Source: Candidatus Altimarinota bacterium
GTDB taxonomy: Bacteria > Patescibacteriota > Gracilibacteria > UBA4473
Assembly (NCBI GenBank): GCA_027028725.1
Contig: JALVIB010000017.1
Span: forward strand, 1-38,987
DNA length: 38,987 bases
Reading direction: 5' to 3'
Below, one piece after another: positions 26,736 through 37,140 of the stretch. A program made the position numbers and the translations under genes. The notes below the pieces were generated by a model. The model worked only from the letters and a program-made list of their open reading frames with translations. It did no database searches and had not been told where the DNA came from. Numbering within the stretch: position 1 is the stretch's first letter; each line of letters starts with the position of its first letter.

Positions 26736-27572
26736 TTAAACCATTAACAATCCCCAATACCAATCAATAATTTCTTGCCCACTGTGTAGGAATAATAACA
26801 AGCTTGGCATCAAAAAAGCGCCCATCGGTAAAGCGAGTTTTCCAGAAATTCGCGGGATTTTTTTCGCGAGTTTTTTTTGAAATATCAAAATTGGCAAAGC
26901 GACGATAGTTCCAAGAATGTAGGCGACAAATAAAGATCCGAGTAAAAGTTTCCAGCCGAGTAAAATTCCCATCAGCGCGCCAAATTCAAAATCTCCTTGT
27001 CCAACTCCTTCGCGTTTTAATAAAATTTTTGTGCCCCAAAATTGTAAATAATAAAACAAAAATCCCGCGAAACCTCCGATTAAATAAAGCGAATAATCTG
27101 CTCCGTTGTAAACTTTCCAGCCCGCCCAGAGAATCGCGATAAAAATCGCGGGAAACGAGATACGGCGGTCAACTTCCATGAATTTTAAGTCGTAAAAGAA
27201 AAGAATTAAAATCAGAAAAACGGAAGTTATTAAAAAGATGAAATCTATGTCAAAAAATACCCCCGCGGAGCGGGGCGCGGCGTGAAAAAATTTTTCTGCG
27301 AAAATATAGAATGTTATAGCGAAAGTAAGCTCTACTAACGGATAAAAAAACGGGATTTTTTTTCCACAATTTTTGCACATTCCACGCTGACAGAGCCAAG
27401 AAAAAATTGGGATAAGGGAGAGTGCGGAAAGTTTTTTTTGGCATTTCGGACACTTGCTTCGTCCCGCGAAAATTCCCGATTCATCGAAATGTAATCGCCA
27501 AATCAGCATTGTCGAAAAACTTCCGAGCATAGCTCCGAGGATGGCAAAAAGGATTGGATAAAGATTATTCAT
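26736..27572 (-). CDS. pilD: Prepilin peptidase (A24 family, PilD-type)
   Basis: N-terminal CPKCQ..CKNCG zinc-ribbon-like segment with LIPIFSWL, plus the catalytic-Asp contexts FYDLKFMEVD and GQGDFEFGALMG. The start is the ATG (rc of 27570-27572). Confidence 0.9.
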   Translation of the reverse strand: MNNLYPILFAILGAMLGSFSTMLIWRLHFDESGIFAGRSKCPKCQKKLSALSLIPIFSWLCQRGMCKNCGKKIPFFYPLVELTFAITFYIFAEKFFHAAPRSAGVFFDIDFIFLITSVFLILILFFYDLKFMEVDRRISFPAIFIAILWAGWKVYNGADYSLYLIGGFAGFLFYYLQFWGTKILLKREGVGQGDFEFGALMGILLGWKLLLGSLFVAYILGTIVALPILIFQKKLAKKIPRISGKLALPMGAFLMPSLLLFLHSGQEIIDWYWGLLMV

Positions 27573-27633
27573 TGGTTGGATTTTAGTAGTTTGTAAATAA
27601 AAATGCGAAAATTTCGCGGGATTTTCAAAAATC

Positions 27634-27747
27634 GTTGTCATCTCGACCGATGAATTTAAGCTTAAAAACAGAGTAGTGGAGAGATCTCAACAAAAGATTT
27701 CTCCATTCTGTCCTAACACAAGTTTTAACTTCCAGTCGAAATGACAA
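27634..27747. repeat. Second, more degenerate copy of the TTGTCATCTCGACCGA-TIR MITE-like element
   Basis: The 5' end reads GTTGTCATCTCGACCGA and the 3' end reads CCAGTCGAAATGACAAA. Confidence 0.4.
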
Positions 27748-27822
27748 AGGAAAAAACTTCGCGGGAATTTTTGAGAAATCACCCCCCGCCCTCTTTGAAA
27801 AAAGAGGGAGCCAAAAGAATTT

Positions 27823-28794
27823 TTACGAACAAAACTTCACAATAAATTTTTCTACTGCGAGTTCTAATTCGCCAGTATCATTACTAGTTGATTGGATTCC
27901 ACCGGTTTTGATTTTCATATCAATATCAAAAAGGGCGTCATACATCATCTCAATTTTTTCCCGCGAAAAATTACGCGATAAAGGAAGTGTTTTTTTGACT
28001 GTAAAAGGATGTAGTTTGGTTTCCTGCGCAATATCTCGTTCAGATAAATTTCTTTCCAATCCCTCAATAATTTGAGCGTGAATACGGATTTCCCGCTGAA
28101 CCATCGAAAAAATTTGTTGTACTGGCGTGCCACTAATTAATAAATCGCGGAATTTTTGAATTGCTCCCTGCGCATTGCATCTACTCATATTTGTCAGAAA
28201 ATCCCAAATTTCCAGCTGGGGATTGGGCAAAGTCAGAGTTTCGATAAAATCCCGCGAAATTTCTCCATTTCCTGCGGAAATAAGTTTTTTTATCTCACTT
28301 GATAAGCGCCATAAATCGTCTCCACATCGTTGCCAAAGTTGGCGGGCATTTTCCCGCGAAATTTTGCCACCTTCTTGTGCCGTAAACTTCTCAATCCAGC
28401 GAATAAGCTCGTTTTCGGCGAGTTTTTCAAATTTTTCGGTGCGCGCCTTAGCCAATAAAAATTTAGAAAATTTTGTCCGTTTATCTAACTTCGGCGCAAC
28501 AATCATCAGCGAACATTCCGCCTCGTAGTCAGGGAGTTTTTCAAAAAACTTTTTTTTCGCGGATTTTTCATATTTCTCCGCGTCCCAAAAGTTTTCGCAA
28601 ACAATTAAGCGTTTTCCACCAAACAAATTCGGCGTGAAAACAGAGTTTTCCAAATCAGCGTAAGTGTCCTCCTTGCCAAACAAAACAATTTCTCCGTCAG
28701 GATATTTCTCGCGAAATTTTTGTTTATAGAATTTTAACCGATTACTTAATCGGTAGGAATCTTCGCCAGTTAGTAGAACTAGGTTTTTTATCAT
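27823..28794 (-). CDS. holA: DNA polymerase III delta subunit
   Basis: 323 aa. The N-terminus LLTGEDSYRL...LFGGKRLIV and the overall layout are typical of HolA. Confidence 0.75.
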   Translation of the reverse strand: MIKNLVLLTGEDSYRLSNRLKFYKQKFREKYPDGEIVLFGKEDTYADLENSVFTPNLFGGKRLIVCENFWDAEKYEKSAKKKFFEKLPDYEAECSLMIVAPKLDKRTKFSKFLLAKARTEKFEKLAENELIRWIEKFTAQEGGKISRENARQLWQRCGDDLWRLSSEIKKLISAGNGEISRDFIETLTLPNPQLEIWDFLTNMSRCNAQGAIQKFRDLLISGTPVQQIFSMVQREIRIHAQIIEGLERNLSERDIAQETKLHPFTVKKTLPLSRNFSREKIEMMYDALFDIDMKIKTGGIQSTSNDTGELELAVEKFIVKFCS

Positions 28795-29011
28795 TTTTCT
28801 AGTTTATTATAGGAAAAACGATTGATTTGGAAAATTTCCCGCGAAATTTTGGCATTGTCCTTTGATAGCGGGATTAATTCCTTCAACCGCTCGTTTCTTG
28901 CGGGAAGTCATTTAATCGCGGGATTTGCAACCTGTTTTTTTAATCCTCAAAATTCTTGTATTTTTTCGCGGGATTTCCTAAACTTAATATGAAAATAATA
29001 AACAAACAAAA

Positions 29012-31393
29012 ATGAATTTTCGTAAATGGTCGCTTTCAGTTCTAATATTCTTTTGTGGAGCTACTTTTTTTAATCTAGCCAATGCTTTGACCTTGAAAAG
29101 TTATTCGGTCTCTCGGGCGAATATTGCTGTTATGAAAAATGATGATCCGAATGTTTTTCAAGTGAGAGTTTGGGCGGACAATATGGCTCAAGCGCAAAAA
29201 GTTTTGCTCCAAATAATTGATAAAAATGGAGCGGCAGTTTTTGAGCAAGAAAATCCCGCGAAATTTTCTGAGCGCAAACCAACACAGCTTGATGTTGATT
29301 TTGCAGTAGATTTAACCAAAAACAAATTAGCGGGTGATTATAAATTGAAAGCAGGCATTTTTAACGAAGACGGACAAAAGATTGCTTGGGCAGAGCTTCC
29401 GCGAAATTTCGCGGGGAATTCGGTTAGTTCGGAGATTTCTGATTTAAAAATTAAAGCTGATAAAGATTTAGTGAAAGGGAGTGTGCAATTTAAAAATAAC
29501 GGGGAAGCGGGCGATTTTGTCGCGAAAATTGATGTTTATAAAGACAACAATCAAAAAGAGTATGTCGGGACATATTCATCAGAAATCATTTCTGTCGGAG
29601 CGGGCGAAGAGTTGGGAATTCCTTTTACTTTTGCGAAACCAGCAGCCCCGCAACTTTATAATGTAAAAGTGGGGATAGTTCAAAATAATCAAGCGGTTAC
29701 AGGAAAATTGGCGGGAAGTTTTTTGGTAGAAGGAGATTTTGGAGAATTTTATTCACTAGCAATTTCTCCACAAAAGTATTTCAAAAAAGGAGACACGGCG
29801 ACAATTGAGTTTACCGGATCAACGACCACAGATAAAGAAACTCCACTTAGCGTGGAAATTAATGTTAAAAATGAGGCGGGAATGGCTTTGCAAAAAATAA
29901 TTAATGTTATGCCAGAGGATGCTTTGGGAAATTTCGCGGGAAAAGAGATGTTTTTAGTTACCGAAGGATCAAAAAAATTGTTTGTAGAAGCAATTTTGTG
30001 GCAAGGAAATAATGAGTTAGGGAGAATTTCTAAGGCTACCAAAGAATTTGCGAAACCAAAAGAAATTGGATTTATCAATAAAATCAAAGAACTAAAATCC
30101 CGCGAAAATTTATCAACAGCGGATAAATACAAAATTATTGCCGTTTTGATTGTAATTGTTTTGGCAATCATCATCTTTATTCGCGGGCTAGTGCGCGCTA
30201 ATAAAGGGAAAAACTTCTTTATTTTCTTCTGTTTGATTTTGGCTAGTGGGACAGCTTTTGCTAATGTTAAAATATATTATCCTCAGCCTGATGAAATTTA
30301 TAGCAATCATTCAAATTCTGATCCAAAATTGCAATTCAATGAAATTGGATTCATGGGAAGAATTACATCGAATCAAGGAGGATTATTGCCTAATGACGGA
30401 AAAGTCGTCAATTACGAGGTTACAATTGGTGGAGATGAAAATGGGGTAGGTGGTGATACTGCCGGGACTGGTAGCTTTACCATGACAGATGGTGGGAATG
30501 AAATCTATAAATTTTCGTTTAAAATTCCTGATGGGTTTACACAAGGGAAGTGGAATGTTCATGTTAGATTTTATGGGACAGATGTTAATGCTCGTCTAGA
30601 TGATTTAGGAATAGGAACTTCTGGAGTAGATGATGATATTGAGTTTAACGGAGTTGGTAGTGGTAATAAGATTATTATTGATGGGGCTGCTCCGAATGTA
30701 GATTTTGGGTTTTCTGGAGATAATTATAATAGTTTAACAAAATTTGCTAATAATACATTTAGAATGAAGCCGAAATGTGATGATAATCTTGCAAAGTGTT
30801 ATAGAAATTTCGCGAGCTTTCCGGTAACAGGAAATTTCTGTGATCCTGCTGAAAATTCTGATCATAAGGCTATCTGTAAGGATTCTAGTGGTACTGCTGT
30901 CCGCGTTCATAAGTTTAAAATCTGTGACAGAGCGGGAAATTGCAATACGAGATCCGCGGGAATTAATTTTTTTGATCCAGTGAAGCCGACAATGGGGAAT
31001 TTAGTTTTTAAACTACCTGATGGAAGAAAAATAGTTTTAGGAAACAACAATGTGTCAGCTGAATATACCAATAATCTTATTCTAAAAAATGTAGAAGATC
31101 CCGCGACCGGGACTTTGTCTGATCCAAACATTGTCCTTGATGACTATGTTTGTAATAATAGTAATGAATTCTCACTAGATGATTCCAATAAAGTTTGTGT
31201 TGAAAATTTTATAAATTGTGCAACAGGGCCATGGAGTCATGGATATTGTACTTGGGATGACATAAATAATGTTTATGTTGGGCCAGTTGTTAATTGTCCA
31301 AATGGAACAACTTATAACAGTACAACTAATGAGTGTGATCCAAGTTGTTATCACGATAGGTTCCCATATTGTTTTGCAGTAGAACCTGAATAA
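29012..31393 (+). CDS. Large surface protein. The N-terminal half has a signal peptide, Ig/CARDB-like region and TM anchor; the C-terminal half starts with a second signal-peptide-like segment and is Cys-rich.
   Basis: Signal peptide MNFRKWSLSVLIFFCGATFFNLANA, TM helix IIAVLIVIVLAIIIFI (about 30130-30190), then RANKGKNFFIFFCLILASGTAFA-NVK. No family recognised. Confidence 0.55.
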   Translation: MNFRKWSLSVLIFFCGATFFNLANALTLKSYSVSRANIAVMKNDDPNVFQVRVWADNMAQAQKVLLQIIDKNGAAVFEQENPAKFSERKPTQLDVDFAVDLTKNKLAGDYKLKAGIFNEDGQKIAWAELPRNFAGNSVSSEISDLKIKADKDLVKGSVQFKNNGEAGDFVAKIDVYKDNNQKEYVGTYSSEIISVGAGEELGIPFTFAKPAAPQLYNVKVGIVQNNQAVTGKLAGSFLVEGDFGEFYSLAISPQKYFKKGDTATIEFTGSTTTDKETPLSVEINVKNEAGMALQKIINVMPEDALGNFAGKEMFLVTEGSKKLFVEAILWQGNNELGRISKATKEFAKPKEIGFINKIKELKSRENLSTADKYKIIAVLIVIVLAIIIFIRGLVRANKGKNFFIFFCLILASGTAFANVKIYYPQPDEIYSNHSNSDPKLQFNEIGFMGRITSNQGGLLPNDGKVVNYEVTIGGDENGVGGDTAGTGSFTMTDGGNEIYKFSFKIPDGFTQGKWNVHVRFYGTDVNARLDDLGIGTSGVDDDIEFNGVGSGNKIIIDGAAPNVDFGFSGDNYNSLTKFANNTFRMKPKCDDNLAKCYRNFASFPVTGNFCDPAENSDHKAICKDSSGTAVRVHKFKICDRAGNCNTRSAGINFFDPVKPTMGNLVFKLPDGRKIVLGNNNVSAEYTNNLILKNVEDPATGTLSDPNIVLDDYVCNNSNEFSLDDSNKVCVENFINCATGPWSHGYCTWDDINNVYVGPVVNCPNGTTYNSTTNECDPSCYHDRFPYCFAVEPE

Positions 31394-31430
31394 GATAAAA
31401 ATCCCGCGAAATTTTTACCTCAGACAATAA

Positions 31431-31457
31431 AAAAGCGCTCTTGCGGAGCGCTTTTTT
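31431..31457. terminator. Bidirectional rho-independent terminator between the surface-protein gene and dnaK
   Basis: The hairpin GCGCTC-TTGCG-GAGCGC is flanked by an A-run on one side and a T-run on the other. Confidence 0.6.
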
Positions 31458-31529
31458 GAGTTCTTTCATTTTTTAAACTACCTCACCCCAGCCCTCTCCT
31501 AGAAGGAGAGGGAGGCGAAAGGAATATTT

Positions 31530-33464
<1,935 letters not shown>

Positions 33465-33645
33465 TTAAGTAGTTGAAGAGCTAAAAAGATAAAGAGATTA
33501 AAAGCTTTTTTTTTCGCGGGGTTTATTATAGTATCACAGTTCTACGAGCTTCATTAATTCCCTTTTGCCAAATCTTTAATTTCTTAATGTTCATTAGCTT
33601 TTAGACTTTTTAGCTTTTTATCTTTTAGGCTGGTTTTTTCAAAAC

Positions 33646-33672
33646 CTAGCACTCAGATTATACAACTGCTAA
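33646..33672. promoter_or_regulatory. CIRCE-like HrcA operator 1 (CTAGCACTC-N9-AACTGCTAA), overlapping the dnaK -10 element
   Basis: Compared with the CIRCE consensus TTAGCACTC-N9-GAGTGCTAA, the half-sites match in 8/9 and 7/9 positions. Confidence 0.65.
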
Positions 33673-33685
33673 AAGTGGATGTCAA
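33657..33685 (-). promoter_or_regulatory. Consensus sigma70 promoter for dnaK (TTGACA, 17-nt spacer, TATAAT on the minus strand)
   Basis: The rc of 33680-33685 is TTGACA and the rc of 33657-33662 is TATAAT. It lies about 200 nt upstream of the dnaK ATG. Confidence 0.65.
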
Positions 33686-33692
33686 AAGTTTT

Positions 33693-33719
33693 TTAGCAGA
33701 CTTTTTGGTGGAGTGCTAA
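33693..33719. promoter_or_regulatory. CIRCE-like HrcA operator 2 (TTAGCAGAC-N9-GAGTGCTAA), just upstream of the -35 element
   Basis: Read directly; the half-sites match the consensus in 7/9 and 9/9 positions. Confidence 0.65.
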
Positions 33720-33769
33720 AATCCCGCGAAATTTTTCTTATCCCGCCAAAATCCCTAAACTAAACCTGA

Positions 33770-34174
33770 ATGAAAAAGTTTAACAAGGTTTTTGTGGCGG
33801 GGACTTTTGACTTCCTGCATATTGGGCATCAGTATTTGTTGTGGACTGCGGCAAATTCCGCGGAAAAATTAGTGGTGATTGTGGCACGGGATGAAAATGT
33901 TCTGAAAATTAAAGGAAAACGACCGCATTTTTCGGGAAAAGAGCGAATGGACAGAATTTCGCGGGAATTTCTGCCAAATGCGGAAATCAAACTTGGTGGA
34001 AAAAGTTTAGACGAGTTTTTCCAAACTCTCAAAAACGAAAAACCGGACGCGATTTTTCTTGGTTATGATCAGCGATTGCAATTCCCCGCGAAATTATTAG
34101 AAGATTTAGGAATCGAGATTGTGCGCGTGGAGGCATTTCATCCGAAGTTTTTTAAGAGTTCCTATTTTAAATAA
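33770..34174 (+). CDS. Cytidylyltransferase-like nucleotidyltransferase (FAD synthetase RibL / TagD-like family)
   Basis: VAGTFDFLHIGHQYLL (HxGH nucleotidyltransferase motif) in a 134-aa protein. Confidence 0.75.
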   Translation: MKKFNKVFVAGTFDFLHIGHQYLLWTAANSAEKLVVIVARDENVLKIKGKRPHFSGKERMDRISREFLPNAEIKLGGKSLDEFFQTLKNEKPDAIFLGYDQRLQFPAKLLEDLGIEIVRVEAFHPKFFKSSYFK

Positions 34175-34318
34175 CAGACAAATCCCCCTCGCCCCCTTTA
34201 TCAAGAGGGAATAGATGGGAATTAGTGGGATTTGCGAGATTTTGAAATTTATCGTAAGGAAGTCCCTCTTGATAAAGAGGGATTTAGGGAGATTTGTTTT
34301 TTAAATAATTTCCCTATA

Positions 34319-35179
34319 ATGAAACGGAAAACAAAAATGGAAAAAACAAAAAAACTAATTTCGCGAAGTTTTAGCGAGGGATTGACCCAGCTTTGGCGAA
34401 ACAAATTCCTATCAGTGATGACGATTGGACTGGGAGCTTTGATTTTGATTTTGTTAAATTTAGTTTTTTCGGTGCAATATTTCGCGGAAAAATCTCTGCA
34501 AGATATTGAGTCGCGGGCAGATTTTTCCATAGCTCTGCGTGAGAATTTCGATGGATTTGAATTAGAAGCACTGCAAAACGATTTAAGTAAATTTGATGTA
34601 GAAACGAAAGTTCTGGAAGCGCACCAATTCAATGATTTCCCGCTTCCGCCTCGGTTGTACTTAAAATTTCGCGACATTTCACAGGTGTCTGACATTTTGG
34701 AAACTATCAAAAATCCGCGATATGTAGACATTATCGCGGCGTGGGATACGGACGGCGAGCGGGATTTTGTGAATGTGATTTCCAAACTGCTTTCCCTGCG
34801 AAAAAATGTTGAGCGTGCCGCGCAAATTCTCATTATTCTCTTTATCATCGGGGGAGTTTTGCTGGTTATTAATACTTTTCGTTTGGTGATTTTTTCGCGG
34901 AAAAATGAGATTTTTATTGCGCGTTTGGTCGGAGCTGATCCGGAATTTATTATGGGACCATTTGTTTTTGAGGGCGCTTTTCTCGGTTTTCTCGCGAGTA
35001 TTTTGTCGATTGTAATTTTTGTGTTTTTGCTCCGCGAAGTGACAATTTTTCCAGGAGCGGCGATTTTTCTCCATCTCTGGAATAATATTTTTATGTGGGA
35101 AGTTTTAGCAGCAATTATTGTTGGAATGTTTGGAGCGTGGCTAGCTGTACGGAAATATCTTTTTGGGAAATTGCAGTAG
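34319..35179 (+). CDS. ftsX: FtsX-like permease (cell-division ABC transporter permease)
   Basis: N-terminus SFSEGLTQLWRNKFLSVMTIG, a large extracytoplasmic loop and three C-terminal TM helices (IARLVGADPEFIMGPFVFEG). The start could be 34319 or 34337. No ftsE lies adjacent. Confidence 0.75.
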   Translation: MKRKTKMEKTKKLISRSFSEGLTQLWRNKFLSVMTIGLGALILILLNLVFSVQYFAEKSLQDIESRADFSIALRENFDGFELEALQNDLSKFDVETKVLEAHQFNDFPLPPRLYLKFRDISQVSDILETIKNPRYVDIIAAWDTDGERDFVNVISKLLSLRKNVERAAQILIILFIIGGVLLVINTFRLVIFSRKNEIFIARLVGADPEFIMGPFVFEGAFLGFLASILSIVIFVFLLREVTIFPGAAIFLHLWNNIFMWEVLAAIIVGMFGAWLAVRKYLFGKLQ

Positions 35180-35337
35180 AAAAGAAAAATCCCCCTTTAT
35201 TTTTTATCTCAACTTTTGTCCCCCTTTCTCAAGGGGGAAAACTAAGGAATTATTTTATTTTTCCGCGAAATTTTCAGGACAGGTCGCGACCTGTCCCTAC
35301 GGTTGTTATCTTTTGGTAAATTTTTAAACTACACTTG

Positions 35338-36015
35338 ATGGGCGAAAAAAAAACTCTGGCACTTCTGTTGAAAAAAACTTTACTACCAAATGATGATGCG
35401 GTTTTGGAGTTTTTGACAATGGAAATGGGGAAAATCACGGTCTTTGCCAAAAAATTCGCGAAATCTAAAAAACGCAACGAAATCGATTTTTTCCGAGTAA
35501 TTGAGCTGGGAATTTTTCAGGGACGAAACTCAAAATCCCTGAAACAAGCGCAAACTTTTTCCCTATTCCATAATTTTTCGCGGGATTTTTGGTCAACGCA
35601 AATTGGTTTTGAGTGGCTGGAATTTATTCGGCAAATCGTCCCCGAAGAAGAAATTGACCATAAGCTATTTAAGAAAATTATTGACCTGTTTACACATTAT
35701 TCCGCGGATTATAAAGACCAGTGGAACGCTTATTTTCAGGTGCAGTTGCTAGATTTCGCGGGATTTTGGCCGAAGTTTGACCGTGTCCGAAGTGATATTT
35801 ATTTTGATCCATTGACCAAGAAAATTTCGCCACCGCCTTGCGGGGCACAGCGAGATTTTGTTTCTGAAGCTATCGCCATTACTAATTTAGAAAGACAAAC
35901 TTTGGAATTTTTGCGGCGAGCTGATTTAGCTGAATTTTCCGTAAAAATAGAGAAAATCCCGCGAAATTTTGCGAAAATTTTTGAAGTCCTCTCTGCAGTG
36001 CAAAGTTTTAAATAA
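35338..36015 (+). CDS. recO: DNA repair protein RecO
   Basis: N-terminal OB-fold pattern (LLLKKTLLPNDDAVLEFLTMEMGKITVFAKKFAKSKKR) and a RecO-like length. A hairpin element at 35827-35853 is translated as SPPPCGAQRD. Confidence 0.65.
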   Translation: MGEKKTLALLLKKTLLPNDDAVLEFLTMEMGKITVFAKKFAKSKKRNEIDFFRVIELGIFQGRNSKSLKQAQTFSLFHNFSRDFWSTQIGFEWLEFIRQIVPEEEIDHKLFKKIIDLFTHYSADYKDQWNAYFQVQLLDFAGFWPKFDRVRSDIYFDPLTKKISPPPCGAQRDFVSEAIAITNLERQTLEFLRRADLAEFSVKIEKIPRNFAKIFEVLSAVQSFK

Positions 36016-36095
36016 AATAAATAAAGAGTCCGCGCAATAGAAAATCGTTGACCTTTTTCTATTAAAAATGAAAAATTAGTATACAAAACTTATTC

Positions 36096-36641
36096 ATGAT
36101 GAAAAAAATTGTTCTCGTTCTCGGATTAATGGTTTCCTCAATTTTCGCGGGAAATTATTTTGTAAATGCTCAATCGGCAAATTACAATGTCAGATGGAAT
36201 GCTGTAAATATTTCCAAAGATAATGTAGATGCGGTTGCGAATGGAGTTCGTCCCGGTGATGTCGTGCGTTACGAAGTTATTTTGAGTGGCGGAGATGGTC
36301 CAGGGACTTATAATCCACGAGTTGATTTAGCGGATGTTTTAAACAAAGCCGAAATGGTTAATATGGGTGGGGGAAGTTTGGAAGGAACAGATTTAGTTTT
36401 CCCGCAAAAATTATGTGCTGGTTGTGAAGAACAAGTTTTTTCTTTCTTCGTTCGTGCCAAAGATGTTTGTGGACAAGCTACAAATATGACGGCTTCAATT
36501 AACAATGTTAAAGTAGTTGTGCCTTTTGATTGTGATTTAACACAAAGTGGTCCAAGTCTTTTATTATCTTTGTCAGTTGGTCTAATTCTAGTAATTATGG
36601 TCTACTTCATCATTTCTCTGAGAAGAGAGGAAATTAAATAA
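36096..36641 (+). CDS. Hypothetical secreted protein with a C-terminal TM anchor
   Basis: Signal peptide MMKKIVLVLGLMVSSIFAGNYFVNA and C-terminal LLLSLSVGLILVIMVYFIISLRRE. Confidence 0.55.
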   Translation: MMKKIVLVLGLMVSSIFAGNYFVNAQSANYNVRWNAVNISKDNVDAVANGVRPGDVVRYEVILSGGDGPGTYNPRVDLADVLNKAEMVNMGGGSLEGTDLVFPQKLCAGCEEQVFSFFVRAKDVCGQATNMTASINNVKVVVPFDCDLTQSGPSLLLSLSVGLILVIMVYFIISLRREEIK

Positions 36642-36671
36642 GTAAAACAAAAACAAATACAAAATATAAAG

Positions 36672-36700
36672 AAAAAACCGCCTCGGCGGTTTTTTCTTTT
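36672..36700 (+). terminator. Rho-independent terminator
   Basis: The hairpin ACCGCC-TC-GGCGGT is followed by TTTTTCTTTT. Confidence 0.7.
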
Positions 36701-36851
36701 GGCTCCCTCTTTTTTCAAAGAGGGCGGGGGGTGATTTTCTTTTAAAAAAATCCTCCTAAATCCTCCTTTCAAAAAAAGGAGGACTTATTTGAAAAATCCC
36801 GCGAAATTTTCTCGTAAACTTGTAAACTCGTTAACTCGCGAACTATTCGCA

Positions 36852-36925
36852 TGGTGTTCCCACTCAGGATCGAACTGAGGTCTACTCCTTAGGAGGGAGT
36901 CGTTTTTCCACTAAACTATGGGAAC
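36852..36925 (-). tRNA. tRNA-Arg (anticodon CCU), CCA encoded
   Basis: The rc reads GTTCCCATAGTTTAGTGGAAAAACGACTCCCTCCTAAGGAGTAGACCTCAGTTCGATCCTGAGTGGGAACACCA. Fold: anticodon loop CTCCTAA, T arm CTCAG-TTCGATC-CTGAG. Confidence 0.9.
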
Positions 36926-37140
36926 TTTGGAACCCCTTTATCCCCTTATCAGGGGAAAATTTTAGATCCTCGCCTACGTGGGGATAAATTCCACTAACAG
37001 CTCGTTCCTCGCTGGGTGTCATTTAATTTCGCGGGATTTTGATTTCCCGCCGACAAGAAGGGATTAGTTTTTTGAGATTTGTAAAAAATCGCTAGAATTT
37101 TACACGATAAATCGTCAAAGGCGAGTAATTTTTCAGCAAA

